Of a stretch of DNA of 23,673 nt, positions 8,206 through 17,038 are shown in pieces. This DNA is from an uncultured delta proteobacterium (lineage in GTDB: Bacteria > Desulfobacterota > Syntrophobacteria > BM002): assembly GCA_963712115.1 (NCBI GenBank), contig CAVQGX010000028.1, positions 1-23,673 of the forward strand, in the 5' to 3' direction. How positions within the stretch are numbered: position 1 is the first letter of the stretch; every line of letters begins with the position of its first letter. Both the position numbers and the translations under genes were made by a program. The notes beneath the pieces were generated by a model. The model was given only the letters and a program-made list of their open reading frames with translations. It had not been told where the DNA came from and did not search any database.

Positions 8206-8577
8206 AGGAGGGAAGACATAAAGGTATCCCAATATCTTCCCTTTTTCCGGCACGTGAAGGGAATCAAAGGTTGTAGGGCTGGGGAAGGGTTCGGCGAGAG
8301 GTACTTTTATAAATGGTGGGGAAAAGCCTGCAAGAGCCTGGGTATAGAAGGAGTGGATTTATATGGCGGGACTCGTCATAGCTCGGCGATTGCACTGAGG
8401 CAATATAGGACGCCCGAAGAAATCAGGCGAGTAACAATGCATAGCACGAATAAGGCATTCGAGAGGTATTTTAGGATCGAATCAGATGATCTCCGGTCAA
8501 TCTACCAAGATACAGTAATGAGAAACGAGAAAGCTGGCAAAGTCATTACCTTTCCAAGGGAGACAGGTCAAAAATGA
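8206..8577 (+). pseudogene. C-terminal remnant of a tyrosine recombinase/integrase
   Basis: WWGKACKSLGIEGVDLYGGTRHSSA (box II-like), MHST and catalytic RYF. The N-terminal domains and first catalytic Arg are absent; in-frame stop at 8203-8205. Confidence 0.78.
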
Positions 8578-8687
8578 CTAGTTTCGTGAGTCCTTTAATG
8601 GATAACCACTATATGTGGTGAGTCCTTCTGGAAGCGTATAGTTTAGATTAAAGTATATAAACTTTGAGTAAATTCGTCCTCTGATTC

Positions 8688-8846
8688 CTACATGAGAGTC
8701 GGCACCCGCTTCGGTCGACCATTCTCATCTGGCACCAAGTAGGTGAGATATACCGAAACTGTGTGCCGAACCTCACCATTGGAAAGGTCCTCCGTCTCAG
8801 CTCGGAAACCAATCTCCATTGAGGTGTTCCCAGCCATATAAATGTT
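8688..8846 (-). pseudogene. Fragment of a HotDog acyl-CoA thioesterase (YciA-like)
   Basis: GNTSMEIGFRAETEDLSNGEVRHTVSVYLTYLVPDENGRPKRVP matches the C-terminal half; the N-terminal half is missing. Confidence 0.75.
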
Positions 8847-8897
8847 CGTCGCAGGTCTCTGGCCTGCGTATGGTGCCACTACATCTATTTGCGATGA

Positions 8898-9104
8898 TTA
8901 AGAGACCTTCGATCTCCCGCGGGAAAAGGTTCCGAAAAGTAAACCCGCTATGAGCCCCACACCCATTGACCCAAGTATCATCAGTGCCCGGGGAAGTGAA
9001 AGTTGCCAGAGCAAGAACTTCACCGTCACGGTCTCAGCATTTTGCAGGGCAACCACTGCCACCAGACCCAGCAATATCAATCCGATTACAAGTTTTATTT
9101 TCAT
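8898..9104 (-). CDS. LapA-family (DUF1049) small membrane protein
   Basis: TM-LQNAETVTVKFLLWQLSLP-TM pattern; AAGGAG RBS. Confidence 0.85.
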   Translation of the reverse strand: MKIKLVIGLILLGLVAVVALQNAETVTVKFLLWQLSLPRALMILGSMGVGLIAGLLFGTFSRGRSKVS

Positions 9105-9403
9105 TTAGTTCTCCTTCTGCAGGATTTCATCTAGGTTACCTGACACACCAGGGCCGACAAAAGAACTAATCAGCTCAGCTCGAGAACAATTTCTTGATTG
9201 ATTTTCGGATCATCCACCCGCTTGATGACTTGCGATTTGATAACGGGATGGTCAAGATGTTCTCTCTGTTTCAATTTGATTTTTCATGTCTTCACAAACT
9301 GATTTGCCTTGGTCTCGATCCCATCGCTGACGACGCATTCCGCAGACTTATTAGTCAGTCCACAATTGACTAGAAACTGGAGACTATAAATGATTTACCT
9401 GAA

Positions 9404-9649
9404 CTAAGCTTTCTTGATCAGGCGCAACAGAAATAAAAGGACGACGGCACCAATCACCGCGACGATCAAACTGCCGAGCAACCCACCTCCGATGGACACG
9501 CCTAGAGTGCGGAAGAGAAAACCGCCAAGCAACGCGCCAATCACGCCGACCACGATGTCTCCCACGACGCCAAACCCGCCGCCTTTCATCAACTGCCCCG
9601 CCAGCCATCCGGCAGTTAGGCCAATCAAGATAAACCAAAGAAATTCCAT
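9404..9649 (-). CDS. GlsB/YeaQ/YmgE (transglycosylase-associated) stress membrane protein
   Basis: IGLTAGWLAG...GDIVVGVIGALLGG...AVIGAVVLL; AAGGAGGAG RBS. Confidence 0.93.
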   Translation of the reverse strand: MEFLWFILIGLTAGWLAGQLMKGGGFGVVGDIVVGVIGALLGGFLFRTLGVSIGGGLLGSLIVAVIGAVVLLFLLRLIKKA

Positions 9650-9829
9650 GTCGTCTCCTCCTTCTTAACTCAGATAAAGACACCACACTTTCAGAATCTG
9701 CCCATGTTGCAGAAATGGAAGAACGTTTCTCGAGGAGGTCCTGTTACCCATCTGTGAAAACCAATCCCCATGATAACGTGCAATGATGGTAGGAGTAGTA
9801 GAAATCTTTAGTATTTGTAAAACGGGCGC

Positions 9830-9979
9830 TCAATAATGCAAGCTGATCGTCAGCTCCATGTCTTGCCCGTCGTAGGGGAAGCTGGTTGCAGGAAACGAAG
9901 GCGGGCCGAGCATGGCTTTTGCGTCGTTTGAAAAACCATAGCCTTCCGTTGGGATCCCCAACCAGTTGGTGTCAAGCTT
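9830..9979 (-). pseudogene. C-terminal fragment of a DUF2141 protein
   Basis: KLDTNWLGIPTEGYGFSN...GPPSF...LHY signature; no signal peptide or N-terminal half upstream. Confidence 0.75.
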
Positions 9980-10088
9980 CGCCCGGATTCCAGTTCCACC
10001 AAAGATTTTCCACCAGCTCCTCCAAGCCTGCAAGACGTTCGGGCAAATGGGGAAACAGAGGTTTCACGGGATTCATTTTTTCCATATT

Positions 10089-11297
10089 TTATATTCTCCC
10101 AGGTGGTGAAGTCGCGATTTCGGATGTTGATATGGACTCTTTCCCCGGGGCATACCCCGCCATTCCTATCATGAATCGCACCAACCCATAACTTAGCCAA
10201 CTCGCCAGACGCACCCGGATGGGCTGGGTTCTCCAGCTATTCTCAAATATCCGTCGCGCCCCCATTTTGATAGCCTGCTCCAGACTATGCTTTAATTTTT
10301 TGGCAAAGTTTTCATCGTCAACAACGACATTTGCCTCAAGAGCAAGCAGCAGACTGAAAGGGTCAAGATTTGAGGATCCCACCGTAGCCCAATGTTCATC
10401 AATCACAGCAACTTTGGCGTGCATAAGGCTCTTGTGGTATTCGTAGATCTCCATCCCTGCATCGAGAAAACTACCATATAGGGCATGCGAGGCATAATGC
10501 AGCAGTCGATATTCCACCCTTCCTTGCAACAGCAAAATCACCCGGACACCGCGCCCGGCTGCATCCAAAAGCGCATGACGAAAATTCAATCCAGGCAAAA
10601 AATAGGCATTTGCAAGAATGATTTCAAATTGCGCCTGGTCAATCGCCTGCAGATAGGCATCTTCAATATCGCGGCGATGGCGGATGTTATCCCGTACCAA
10701 AAAAGCTGAACGCATACGGCCCCTGTGTTCGGTTGAAGGAGCTTGTCTGTAGTTGTCCCGGCCCCAGCCAGGACGCAAGCGGGTCCAGGCCACTCGCGAC
10801 CACACCCGGCGGCTGGAATCATGAATTTCTTTCACCAGCGGCCCTTCCACACTTACAGCGTAGTCATAACGAGGCGATGTTTGACCAGGCATATCCATAT
10901 CATCAATAATATTGATGCCTCCGACAAATGCAATCTCCTGGTCCACGACCACAATTTTCCGGTGCAAGCGACGCAACCTCTGGCGCCGCAGCGTCCAGGG
11001 CGATATCTTGGGCCGGAACTTCAGCACCATTACTCCAGCCGTAACAAGGTAGTCGACCATGGTTTTCGGCAAACTTTTCGAACCGAATCCATCGATCAGC
11101 ACGTGGGTTTTTACGCCACGAAAGGCCGCCCGCCTGAGCGCTTCCGCAATGCGTCGTCCGGTATTGTCATTTTCGAAAATATAGCTTTCCAGATAAATTT
11201 CATGCACCGCCCGGTCCAACGCCGCTTCGATCGTCGGGAAATAAGCTTCGCCGTTTTGCAACAGGGTAATCTGATTGTGTGGAATAATTCGGGTCAC
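10089..11297 (-). CDS. clsB: Cardiolipin synthase B (phospholipase D family)
   Basis: Two HKD motifs (HRKIVVVD, HAKVAVID), GGINI, ANAYFLPG, GSSNLDPFS and no N-terminal TM. Start set at GTG 11297; the frame is open to 11375. Confidence 0.92.
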   Translation of the reverse strand: MTRIIPHNQITLLQNGEAYFPTIEAALDRAVHEIYLESYIFENDNTGRRIAEALRRAAFRGVKTHVLIDGFGSKSLPKTMVDYLVTAGVMVLKFRPKISPWTLRRQRLRRLHRKIVVVDQEIAFVGGINIIDDMDMPGQTSPRYDYAVSVEGPLVKEIHDSSRRVWSRVAWTRLRPGWGRDNYRQAPSTEHRGRMRSAFLVRDNIRHRRDIEDAYLQAIDQAQFEIILANAYFLPGLNFRHALLDAAGRGVRVILLLQGRVEYRLLHYASHALYGSFLDAGMEIYEYHKSLMHAKVAVIDEHWATVGSSNLDPFSLLLALEANVVVDDENFAKKLKHSLEQAIKMGARRIFENSWRTQPIRVRLASWLSYGLVRFMIGMAGYAPGKESISTSEIATSPPGRI

Positions 11298-11477
11298 AGC
11301 AGGGTTGACCTCTTTCTCAGCTTTCAGTTGGCGTTTGCTAAGTCCATCGATGAAACGGTGTTCGGCATGCTCCACACCCCATCACGATTCGGGCTGGAAT
11401 ATTAAGGTAAAAGCGTCTTAAAAAACAATTAAGTTTGATTGAGCGTCCGACGGTTATTCAAAAGCTTTTGATGACAA

Positions 11478-11756
11478 TCAGAAAAACTTGTTTTTCAAGT
11501 CGTGCATGGCCTTCACAATATCTAGGATCGCCTCATGCATGCCCTCAGGGCGGGAGCTTATTTCCGATGTTCCTTTCTTCTCGATCTTGGCCTGAACCTC
11601 GGATTTAATCTTTTTCAAGTTTTGAGCGTGTTTTTCAAACTGCAGGCGATGCTCTTCTTTCATGTCTTCGATGGCATCGGAATTGATCTGTTGGATGAGT
11701 TCATCGGCCTCAGCCAGTAATTGCTCGATACTCTTGGATTCTAAGTTCTTTGACAT
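11478..11756 (-). CDS. Hypothetical helical protein (92 aa)
   Basis: GGAAAGGA RBS; amphipathic helical composition. Confidence 0.7.
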   Translation of the reverse strand: MSKNLESKSIEQLLAEADELIQQINSDAIEDMKEEHRLQFEKHAQNLKKIKSEVQAKIEKKGTSEISSRPEGMHEAILDIVKAMHDLKNKFF

Positions 11757-12520
11757 AATGTTTCCTTTCCTATGGGTTCTTGCCCGTCATTGCATGAAAT
11801 ACGTGAGGCGGAGACTCTCCTCACAATCACCACTGTCATTTTCCCCCGGAAACCGTGTTAACGCCCAGCATTTCCTGCGTATGGCGCAGGCCCTCGTGAA
11901 ACTGGAAAGGACGATGATTGCCGTTTGTATAGAGCCCAAAGCAACTCCTCTATAGCTTGCGGCTACGACCACATATTTTTTGAATTGGTAGGAAACTGAA
12001 GGTTTGTGAGCCCAAACTTCAATATCCTGCTCTCCATACGCACCCCAATAGAGTGTGATTGCTTGAACCTGCCATCAGCCTATGACTGCTTGCCATAGTC
12101 CTCGCCTTCGACCTTTTTAGAATTCTAAAGGTATTCTTCAATATTGGCAATGTGTGAACTTCATGGATATTCAAGATATGAGAAGAAGATGTGACTTTGA
12201 TTAAGATCGAGAAATGTGAAATTTCCCAGTGAATCAGTCTGACTTAATATAACATCCCTTAATTCACACTATTGGCTCTAAAGACCCTAGCACAGAATGT
12301 GGTACGTGCCCCCGAAGGGGCAAAGTGTAGATTAAAGTATGTAATCCACATTTCGCTCCCACCCTCTATGCATTCCACCACAAATTCCCCCTAGTATTAA
12401 TTGTGTTACAGGGGTAGCAAAGAAAAAATCATGCATTCTTCGTATTCACTTAATCTATTGCACTATTTACACTATGATGAACCCAATGAGGGCTCAGCGA
12501 GATCGAATAGGAGACGATTT

Positions 12521-12595
12521 ATGGATTCGTTTATAGTTGAACTGACCCTTTTTTGCGCTGTTGCTATTGCATTAGCTGCCATACACAGAAAATGA
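12521..12595 (+). CDS. Putative 24-aa single-TM peptide
   Basis: AGGAG-7 nt-ATG; MDSFIVELTLFCAVAIALAAIHRK; an 8-bp hairpin overlaps the stop. Confidence 0.4.
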   Translation: MDSFIVELTLFCAVAIALAAIHRK

Positions 12596-12811
12596 GTCCA
12601 CTCTGGACTCACTCTACTTCTTTCGCATATAATTACAGACATCTTTTAAGTCTGTATGCCTAGAAGCTAAATCCCAGATTACTCTCTAAGTCTAGAAACT
12701 CTCTCAAGATCGCATTCTCGTATCCCTTAGCAATAGGCAGCAATTTAGAGAATCAGATGATTCTTAATGCGTGACGATTTACTAGCCAGTTGAGTGGAAC
12801 CAACTGAGTAC

Positions 12812-14140
12812 ATGATGACCACGAGAAGATTTTTTACAACCATCCTCTTTCTTATATTCCTTCAGACTCTTCTAGTCACCCAGGCTTTTGCGAAGGCTAA
12901 CGCCGGACCGGATCAAAGGGTGAATGAAGGAGACAAGGTATCCCTGGATGGTTCGAAGTCCAAGCCTAAGGGTCACGATACGATCCAAAGTTACTTATGG
13001 AAACAGGTTGAAGTTGAAGGAAATCCCGTCACAATAAAGGATGCAGACGAAGTTATAGCGAGTTTTATCGCCCCACAGGTTTCAAAGAACACGAAACTTA
13101 CCTTTAAGCTGATAGTCAGATTTGCTTCTGGCAAAGAAGATAATGATGATACGAAAGTCTACGTATTAGATCGAGATGATGATGAAGATGATGATGATAG
13201 AGATGCTAATGATCCACCCAAGGCAGACGCCGGACCTGATCAGACGGTGCCTGAGAAAACTATAGTCACCTTAGACGGGTCAAATTCATCTGATCCTGAT
13301 GACGGCATTAAGTCTTATCTCTGGAAACAGACTTCAGGACCGTCAGTTAGTTTATCTAATCCTAGGGCGATTAAACCCACCTTTACGAGCCCCAGTGTTG
13401 CATTCAGCAAATCAAAATCACTTAAATTTGAGTTAACGGTTACTGATCATGGTGGTTTGAAAGATACCGATACCACTGTTGTCAATGTGACCGGGGAAAA
13501 TGATCCGCCCAGGGCAGATGCAGGACCTAACCAAAATGTGGACGAGGAAACTATAGTCACCTTAGACGGGTCAAATTCATATGATCCTGATGATGGCATC
13601 GCATCATATCAGTGGATACAAATAGCAGGACCGTCAGTAAGTTTATCTAATCCCGAGGCAGTTCAACCCACCTTTTCAGCACCGACTGTAGGAACGGATG
13701 GTGTTTCGTTGACCTTTGAGTTAACAGTGACCGATTACGACAGTTTGCAATCAGCGGATAATATAATTGTAAATGTGATCTGGCTCAACGATCCTCCTAC
13801 AGCAAATGCTGGAGTTGATCAGACAGTGCTTGAGAAAAGTACAGTCACCTTGGACGGGTCAAATTCATCTGATCCTGATGATGGCATTGTGACATATCAG
13901 TGGAAACAGGTAGCAGGACAGTCAGTCTTCCTTTCCGATCCCACAGATGATCAACCGATTTTTGAGGCTCCAAGTTTTGATGACATTGGTGACAAATCGC
14001 TCATCTTCGAGTTGATAGTTACAGATGAAGGCGGTTTGCAATCTAGTGATGAAACAAACGTTACTGTCTCAAATTTTGAGAAAGATAACCCAGGCGCATC
14101 AGGAGGAGGTTGTTTTATCACAGCTGCAGCGGATGGCTAG
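12812..14140 (+). CDS. Secreted protein with four PKD/K319L-like Ig repeats and a C-terminal GGGCFI motif
   Basis: Signal peptide ending AFA; four A[ND]AG.[DN]Q.V.E...V.LDGS.S...Y.W.Q..G repeats, with repeats 2-4 also similar at DNA level; Asp-rich linker; ends GGGCFITAAADG. Confidence 0.88.
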   Translation: MMTTRRFFTTILFLIFLQTLLVTQAFAKANAGPDQRVNEGDKVSLDGSKSKPKGHDTIQSYLWKQVEVEGNPVTIKDADEVIASFIAPQVSKNTKLTFKLIVRFASGKEDNDDTKVYVLDRDDDEDDDDRDANDPPKADAGPDQTVPEKTIVTLDGSNSSDPDDGIKSYLWKQTSGPSVSLSNPRAIKPTFTSPSVAFSKSKSLKFELTVTDHGGLKDTDTTVVNVTGENDPPRADAGPNQNVDEETIVTLDGSNSYDPDDGIASYQWIQIAGPSVSLSNPEAVQPTFSAPTVGTDGVSLTFELTVTDYDSLQSADNIIVNVIWLNDPPTANAGVDQTVLEKSTVTLDGSNSSDPDDGIVTYQWKQVAGQSVFLSDPTDDQPIFEAPSFDDIGDKSLIFELIVTDEGGLQSSDETNVTVSNFEKDNPGASGGGCFITAAADG

Positions 14141-14169
14141 ATTGCATTTAATTACTTTCGTCTTTCAGG

Positions 14170-14194
14170 GCGGAGCTTCGGCTCCGCTTTTTTT
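14170..14194 (+). terminator. Rho-independent terminator with a UUCG loop
   Basis: GCGGAGC-TTCG-GCTCCGC-T7. Confidence 0.88.
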
Positions 14195-14513
14195 ATGCTC
14201 CATTCAGACTCTGGCACTGTGAATAACATACTTAAATCCACACTTCTGCCATTTTGGACTAGCCACTACATTTTGTGCCAGGTTCTTGGGGGATGAAGTG
14301 TGAATTAAGGGATGTAATCTTAAATTATTTCATTCCGAGAACTCGCATTTTTATCCACCCTTCCATGTTGCCCATCCTATCTAAACTTCTTCTGACAAAT
14401 GGCACTTTTATTCCAGTTTATGTAACTGATTTACTTACAACTTCTAATCTGGTTTCCATCAGCAAATGAGCTAACCATTTGAAAATCGATAGAAAGTTAG
14501 CGCGACACCTCAC

Positions 14514-14529
14514 TGGCATGGATTTTGGT
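14514..14529 (+). promoter_or_regulatory. Sigma54-like promoter with a variant -12 box
   Basis: TGGCATGGATTTTGGT; upstream TGGCA-N6-TTCCA at 14400. Confidence 0.45.
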
Positions 14530-14678
14530 ATGCTTAACCGCTAGGGCTTCTGGTCTAATGCCCCCAAACACCCCATTAGATTTCGGTGGAGACTAGTAGT
14601 GAGCTTCGCCCAAGTCCCATCTCCTCGACAGATAATTGCCAAAAGCCCTCACACTCCGTCATGGGAGGTTTCCCTGCG

Positions 14679-14864
14679 ATGACCCATACATGCCCTCGCT
14701 GCAATAGAAAGTTCGTCGGGGATAAACCCCCGATGTTTATCGCTGGCGGTAAAGGAATTTATTTTTTCTGTAGCATTAGATGCCGAGACAAATGGGTATA
14801 TCCCCGTGATTCAAGATTGAATTTGGAGCAGAAGCCATCTGGCCTTCAGCGGGATTTTTCGTAA
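14679..14864 (+). CDS. Small TRASH/YHS-like Cys-rich metal-binding protein (61 aa)
   Basis: GGAGG RBS; CPRC...GIYFFCSIRCRDKW. Confidence 0.6.
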   Translation: MTHTCPRCNRKFVGDKPPMFIAGGKGIYFFCSIRCRDKWVYPRDSRLNLEQKPSGLQRDFS

Positions 14865-14893
14865 TTCACAGTGGTTGTTTCGTAGGTGAAGTT

Positions 14894-15136
14894 ATGCATC
14901 AACCCCCGAGTGACAGATGTGTAGATTGTGTCTGGTGGTATGAAGGGCCTATATTGTGCGAGGGTTGCCCTAACAATCCAGAATCAGAGGCAATGAAAAT
15001 GCCTTGTTCTCAGTGTAAGAAGATTCTATCTGTAAGCGATTTTTGTGAGATACACTATGAAGAGGACGGCCTTCACTTGCTCTGTACCAAGAAGTGCAAA
15101 AACGAGTGGGAGGGACTTCGGACCACGAATGAGTAG
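14894..15136 (+). CDS. Small Cys-rich protein with a CxxC/CxxC module and a TRASH-like module
   Basis: AGGTGA RBS; CVDC..CEGC, then CSQC...LCTKKCKNEW. Confidence 0.6.
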   Translation: MHQPPSDRCVDCVWWYEGPILCEGCPNNPESEAMKMPCSQCKKILSVSDFCEIHYEEDGLHLLCTKKCKNEWEGLRTTNE

Positions 15137-15189
15137 TTGGGCAACCACCAATAGCCCAAAACGAGATATTATTCATTTTCAAGGGCCAT

Positions 15190-15213
15190 GCGGAGCTTCG
15201 GTTTCGCTTTTTT
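15190..15213 (+). terminator. Rho-independent terminator with a UUCG loop
   Basis: GCGGAGC-TTCG-GTTTCGC-T6, with two G-U pairs. Confidence 0.75.
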
Positions 15214-15451
15214 ATTGTGGTATCCACCTTGGCCGTGGAAATAGTAATTTTCGTATTCATCTATTAAGGATATTGGTGTATGTTTAAAACGAGTGTCCTC
15301 TTTTTGCCGAGGGCAGATGCCCCGAACAAAATCTCGTTGAAAAATGTGTTCAATTCCTCGGTTCGCAACCGCTGGAGAATATGAGAGGGTACGTGATAGT
15401 CGATGCTGCCTAAAAGACCTGATTGGCTTTGATGATTCTGGAGAAATCTAC

Positions 15452-15814
15452 GTGGATCAGCAGACCAGACGAAAAACCACCAGAGTTCCTGTGTTCTGCA
15501 TTGTTCATCTCCTGCAGACCGATCTCAATAAGGTTGGAGGCAAAATGTACAACTTAAGCATTGGAGGTTTCGGGCTTAAAACCAATTATCCTATTTCCAT
15601 CGCAGAACAGCTCACAGTGGCCTTCCAACTGCCGAAGACAATCGGCCTTGTATCTGGTCTGGGTCAAGTGGTCTGGCGTCAATTCCACGGTGATACACCT
15701 GGACATGAGAAGACTTTGTTCACCGCAGGAATAGAGTTTTTGAGCCTCAGCAAACCCTCCAGAAAAGCTGTTCGCGATTGCGTCAGAATGTTAGCCTCTC
15801 CACCAATCGAATAG
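15452..15814 (+). CDS. Single-domain PilZ protein
   Basis: RRKTTR, NLSIGG, GQVVW and AGIEF. GGAG RBS before GTG 15452. Confidence 0.85.
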   Translation: MDQQTRRKTTRVPVFCIVHLLQTDLNKVGGKMYNLSIGGFGLKTNYPISIAEQLTVAFQLPKTIGLVSGLGQVVWRQFHGDTPGHEKTLFTAGIEFLSLSKPSRKAVRDCVRMLASPPIE

Positions 15815-15889
15815 CCTTCACCCCTCCCCCTGTCAGCAACCGCAATGATTACGGTAACTGAAGCGGTTCAATCGCTGACTGCCTGATTA

Positions 15890-16582
15890 CTATTTAATTA
15901 GCGTGAGGTTTTTGGGAGCAGCAGGTAGGGCGTCCACACCGCCGACAATGATAGTCACCGTTTCAGAAGCACTCAGCGGTGGTGTACCAGTGTCATTTAC
16001 AGTGAAGAGAACGCCATAGTTTCCGGCATCTCCATTAGTGGGCGTCCACCAGAAAGTGCGGTTAGCAGAGTCAAAATTAGCGCCTGCCGGGAGATGGCTA
16101 ACTGAATAGCTCAAAGCGTCACCGTCAGGGTCAGTTGCCATTACAGTAAACTGAAGCAATTGGCCCTCAACAGTAGTCTTTTTACCTATGGGATTTAATA
16201 CCGGTGAGTTGTTGACTGAGCCATAGGACACTTCATTAGAATAATCACTTTCATTTCCGTAGATATCATAAGCAGTAGCTGCAAAGTAGTAGGGCTCAGT
16301 GTCGATAAGGTCTGTTATCGTGCAACTAGTCTGGTTGCCCACGTCTGTGGTAACATCGTAGTTACGGCTGGAATTGCCATAATATATTTTGTAGCCAGCA
16401 AGATCTGGGTGGGTAACCGGATCCCATATCAACGTTACTTGTGCTGGATAAGCATTCGAGGTGAGAATAAGTATGCATACAGCAGCCAGGATAAATACCA
16501 GAGCAGTGCGAGATAATAAGGAAAGATCTGATCGAAGACCCCGGTACCCAATAAAGCTCGGCGAAGTTTTGAATGGTGACAC
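15890..16582 (-). CDS. Secreted fibronectin type III plus Ig-like (He_PIG/cadherin-like) protein
   Basis: GGAGG RBS before GTG 16582; signal peptide; VTLIWDP..AGYKIYYG..YYFAATAYD..GNESDYSNEV; N.SPVL...ATDPDGD.L..LP.GA.FD..WTP. Confidence 0.85.
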   Translation of the reverse strand: MSPFKTSPSFIGYRGLRSDLSLLSRTALVFILAAVCILILTSNAYPAQVTLIWDPVTHPDLAGYKIYYGNSSRNYDVTTDVGNQTSCTITDLIDTEPYYFAATAYDIYGNESDYSNEVSYGSVNNSPVLNPIGKKTTVEGQLLQFTVMATDPDGDALSYSVSHLPAGANFDSANRTFWWTPTNGDAGNYGVLFTVNDTGTPPLSASETVTIIVGGVDALPAAPKNLTLIK

Positions 16583-16642
16583 AGCGCACCTCCCTCCCCG
16601 CAGCTTAAGGCCTACAGGCATTGAGAAACTGACTTTTACATA

Positions 16643-16658
16643 GGCAAGACTGGTGCCG
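16643..16658 (-). promoter_or_regulatory. Sigma54 promoter for the FN3 gene
   Basis: Minus strand reads CGGCACCAGTCTTGCC: GG-N10-GC. Confidence 0.65.
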
Positions 16659-16949
16659 GGAAGAAGGAACGAATCTTTTTTTTATGTAAAGAATTAAAAT
16701 GTCTTGTTTGGCTGATAAGTTACAATGCACTCATAAGAAGACTCCTGCTCTAGTGGAGATACCTGCAGTGGCAAAAACCGTGCAATTTGTAATACATCAG
16801 GCAAGAAATCGGTATGCCAGCGGATAACCGTTTTGCGGCACTTGTTGACGAAATTTGGCAGCCCTATGCCCACTATCTATATCATAGTTGAGCAATCGAT
16901 TTTGCTTAAATATTTATAATTAATAATAAATAACTCTTATTATTCAATC

Positions 16950-16965
16950 TGGCACGATCTTTTCA
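16950..16965 (+). promoter_or_regulatory. Sigma54-like promoter with a variant -12 box (TTTC)
   Basis: TGGCACGATCTTTTCA preceded by an AT-rich tract and TGGCA-N6-TGCCC at 16856. Confidence 0.5.
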
Positions 16966-16975
16966 TTGTGTGGAT

Positions 16976-17038
16976 TTACACTGCGTCACCTTAAGCCCCA
17001 TCGGCTTTTTCAGGTCGAGTCGATGGGGCATTTCTTTT
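16976..17038 (+). ncRNA. Candidate small RNA
   Basis: ORF-less unit between the sigma54-like promoter and a 12-bp terminator-like stem (16995-17029) followed by ATTTCTTTT. Confidence 0.35.

Noticed and set aside
9169-9350. Possible minus-strand gene remnant with an internal TGA, ending DDPKINQEIVLELS
   Set aside because: No recognisable family.
10219-11405. Plus-strand ORFs, including one of 220 aa, opposite clsB
   Set aside because: Antisense shadows of a well-supported gene.
11787-12050. Possible beta-barrel remnant (SVSYQFKKYVVVAASYRGVALG) on the minus strand
   Set aside because: The resemblance is too short and there is no start or signal peptide; not supportable without a search.
13222-13900. 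Regularly spaced DNA repeats (about 290-bp period) as a possible CRISPR array
   Set aside because: They are in-frame coding repeats of the PKD domains.
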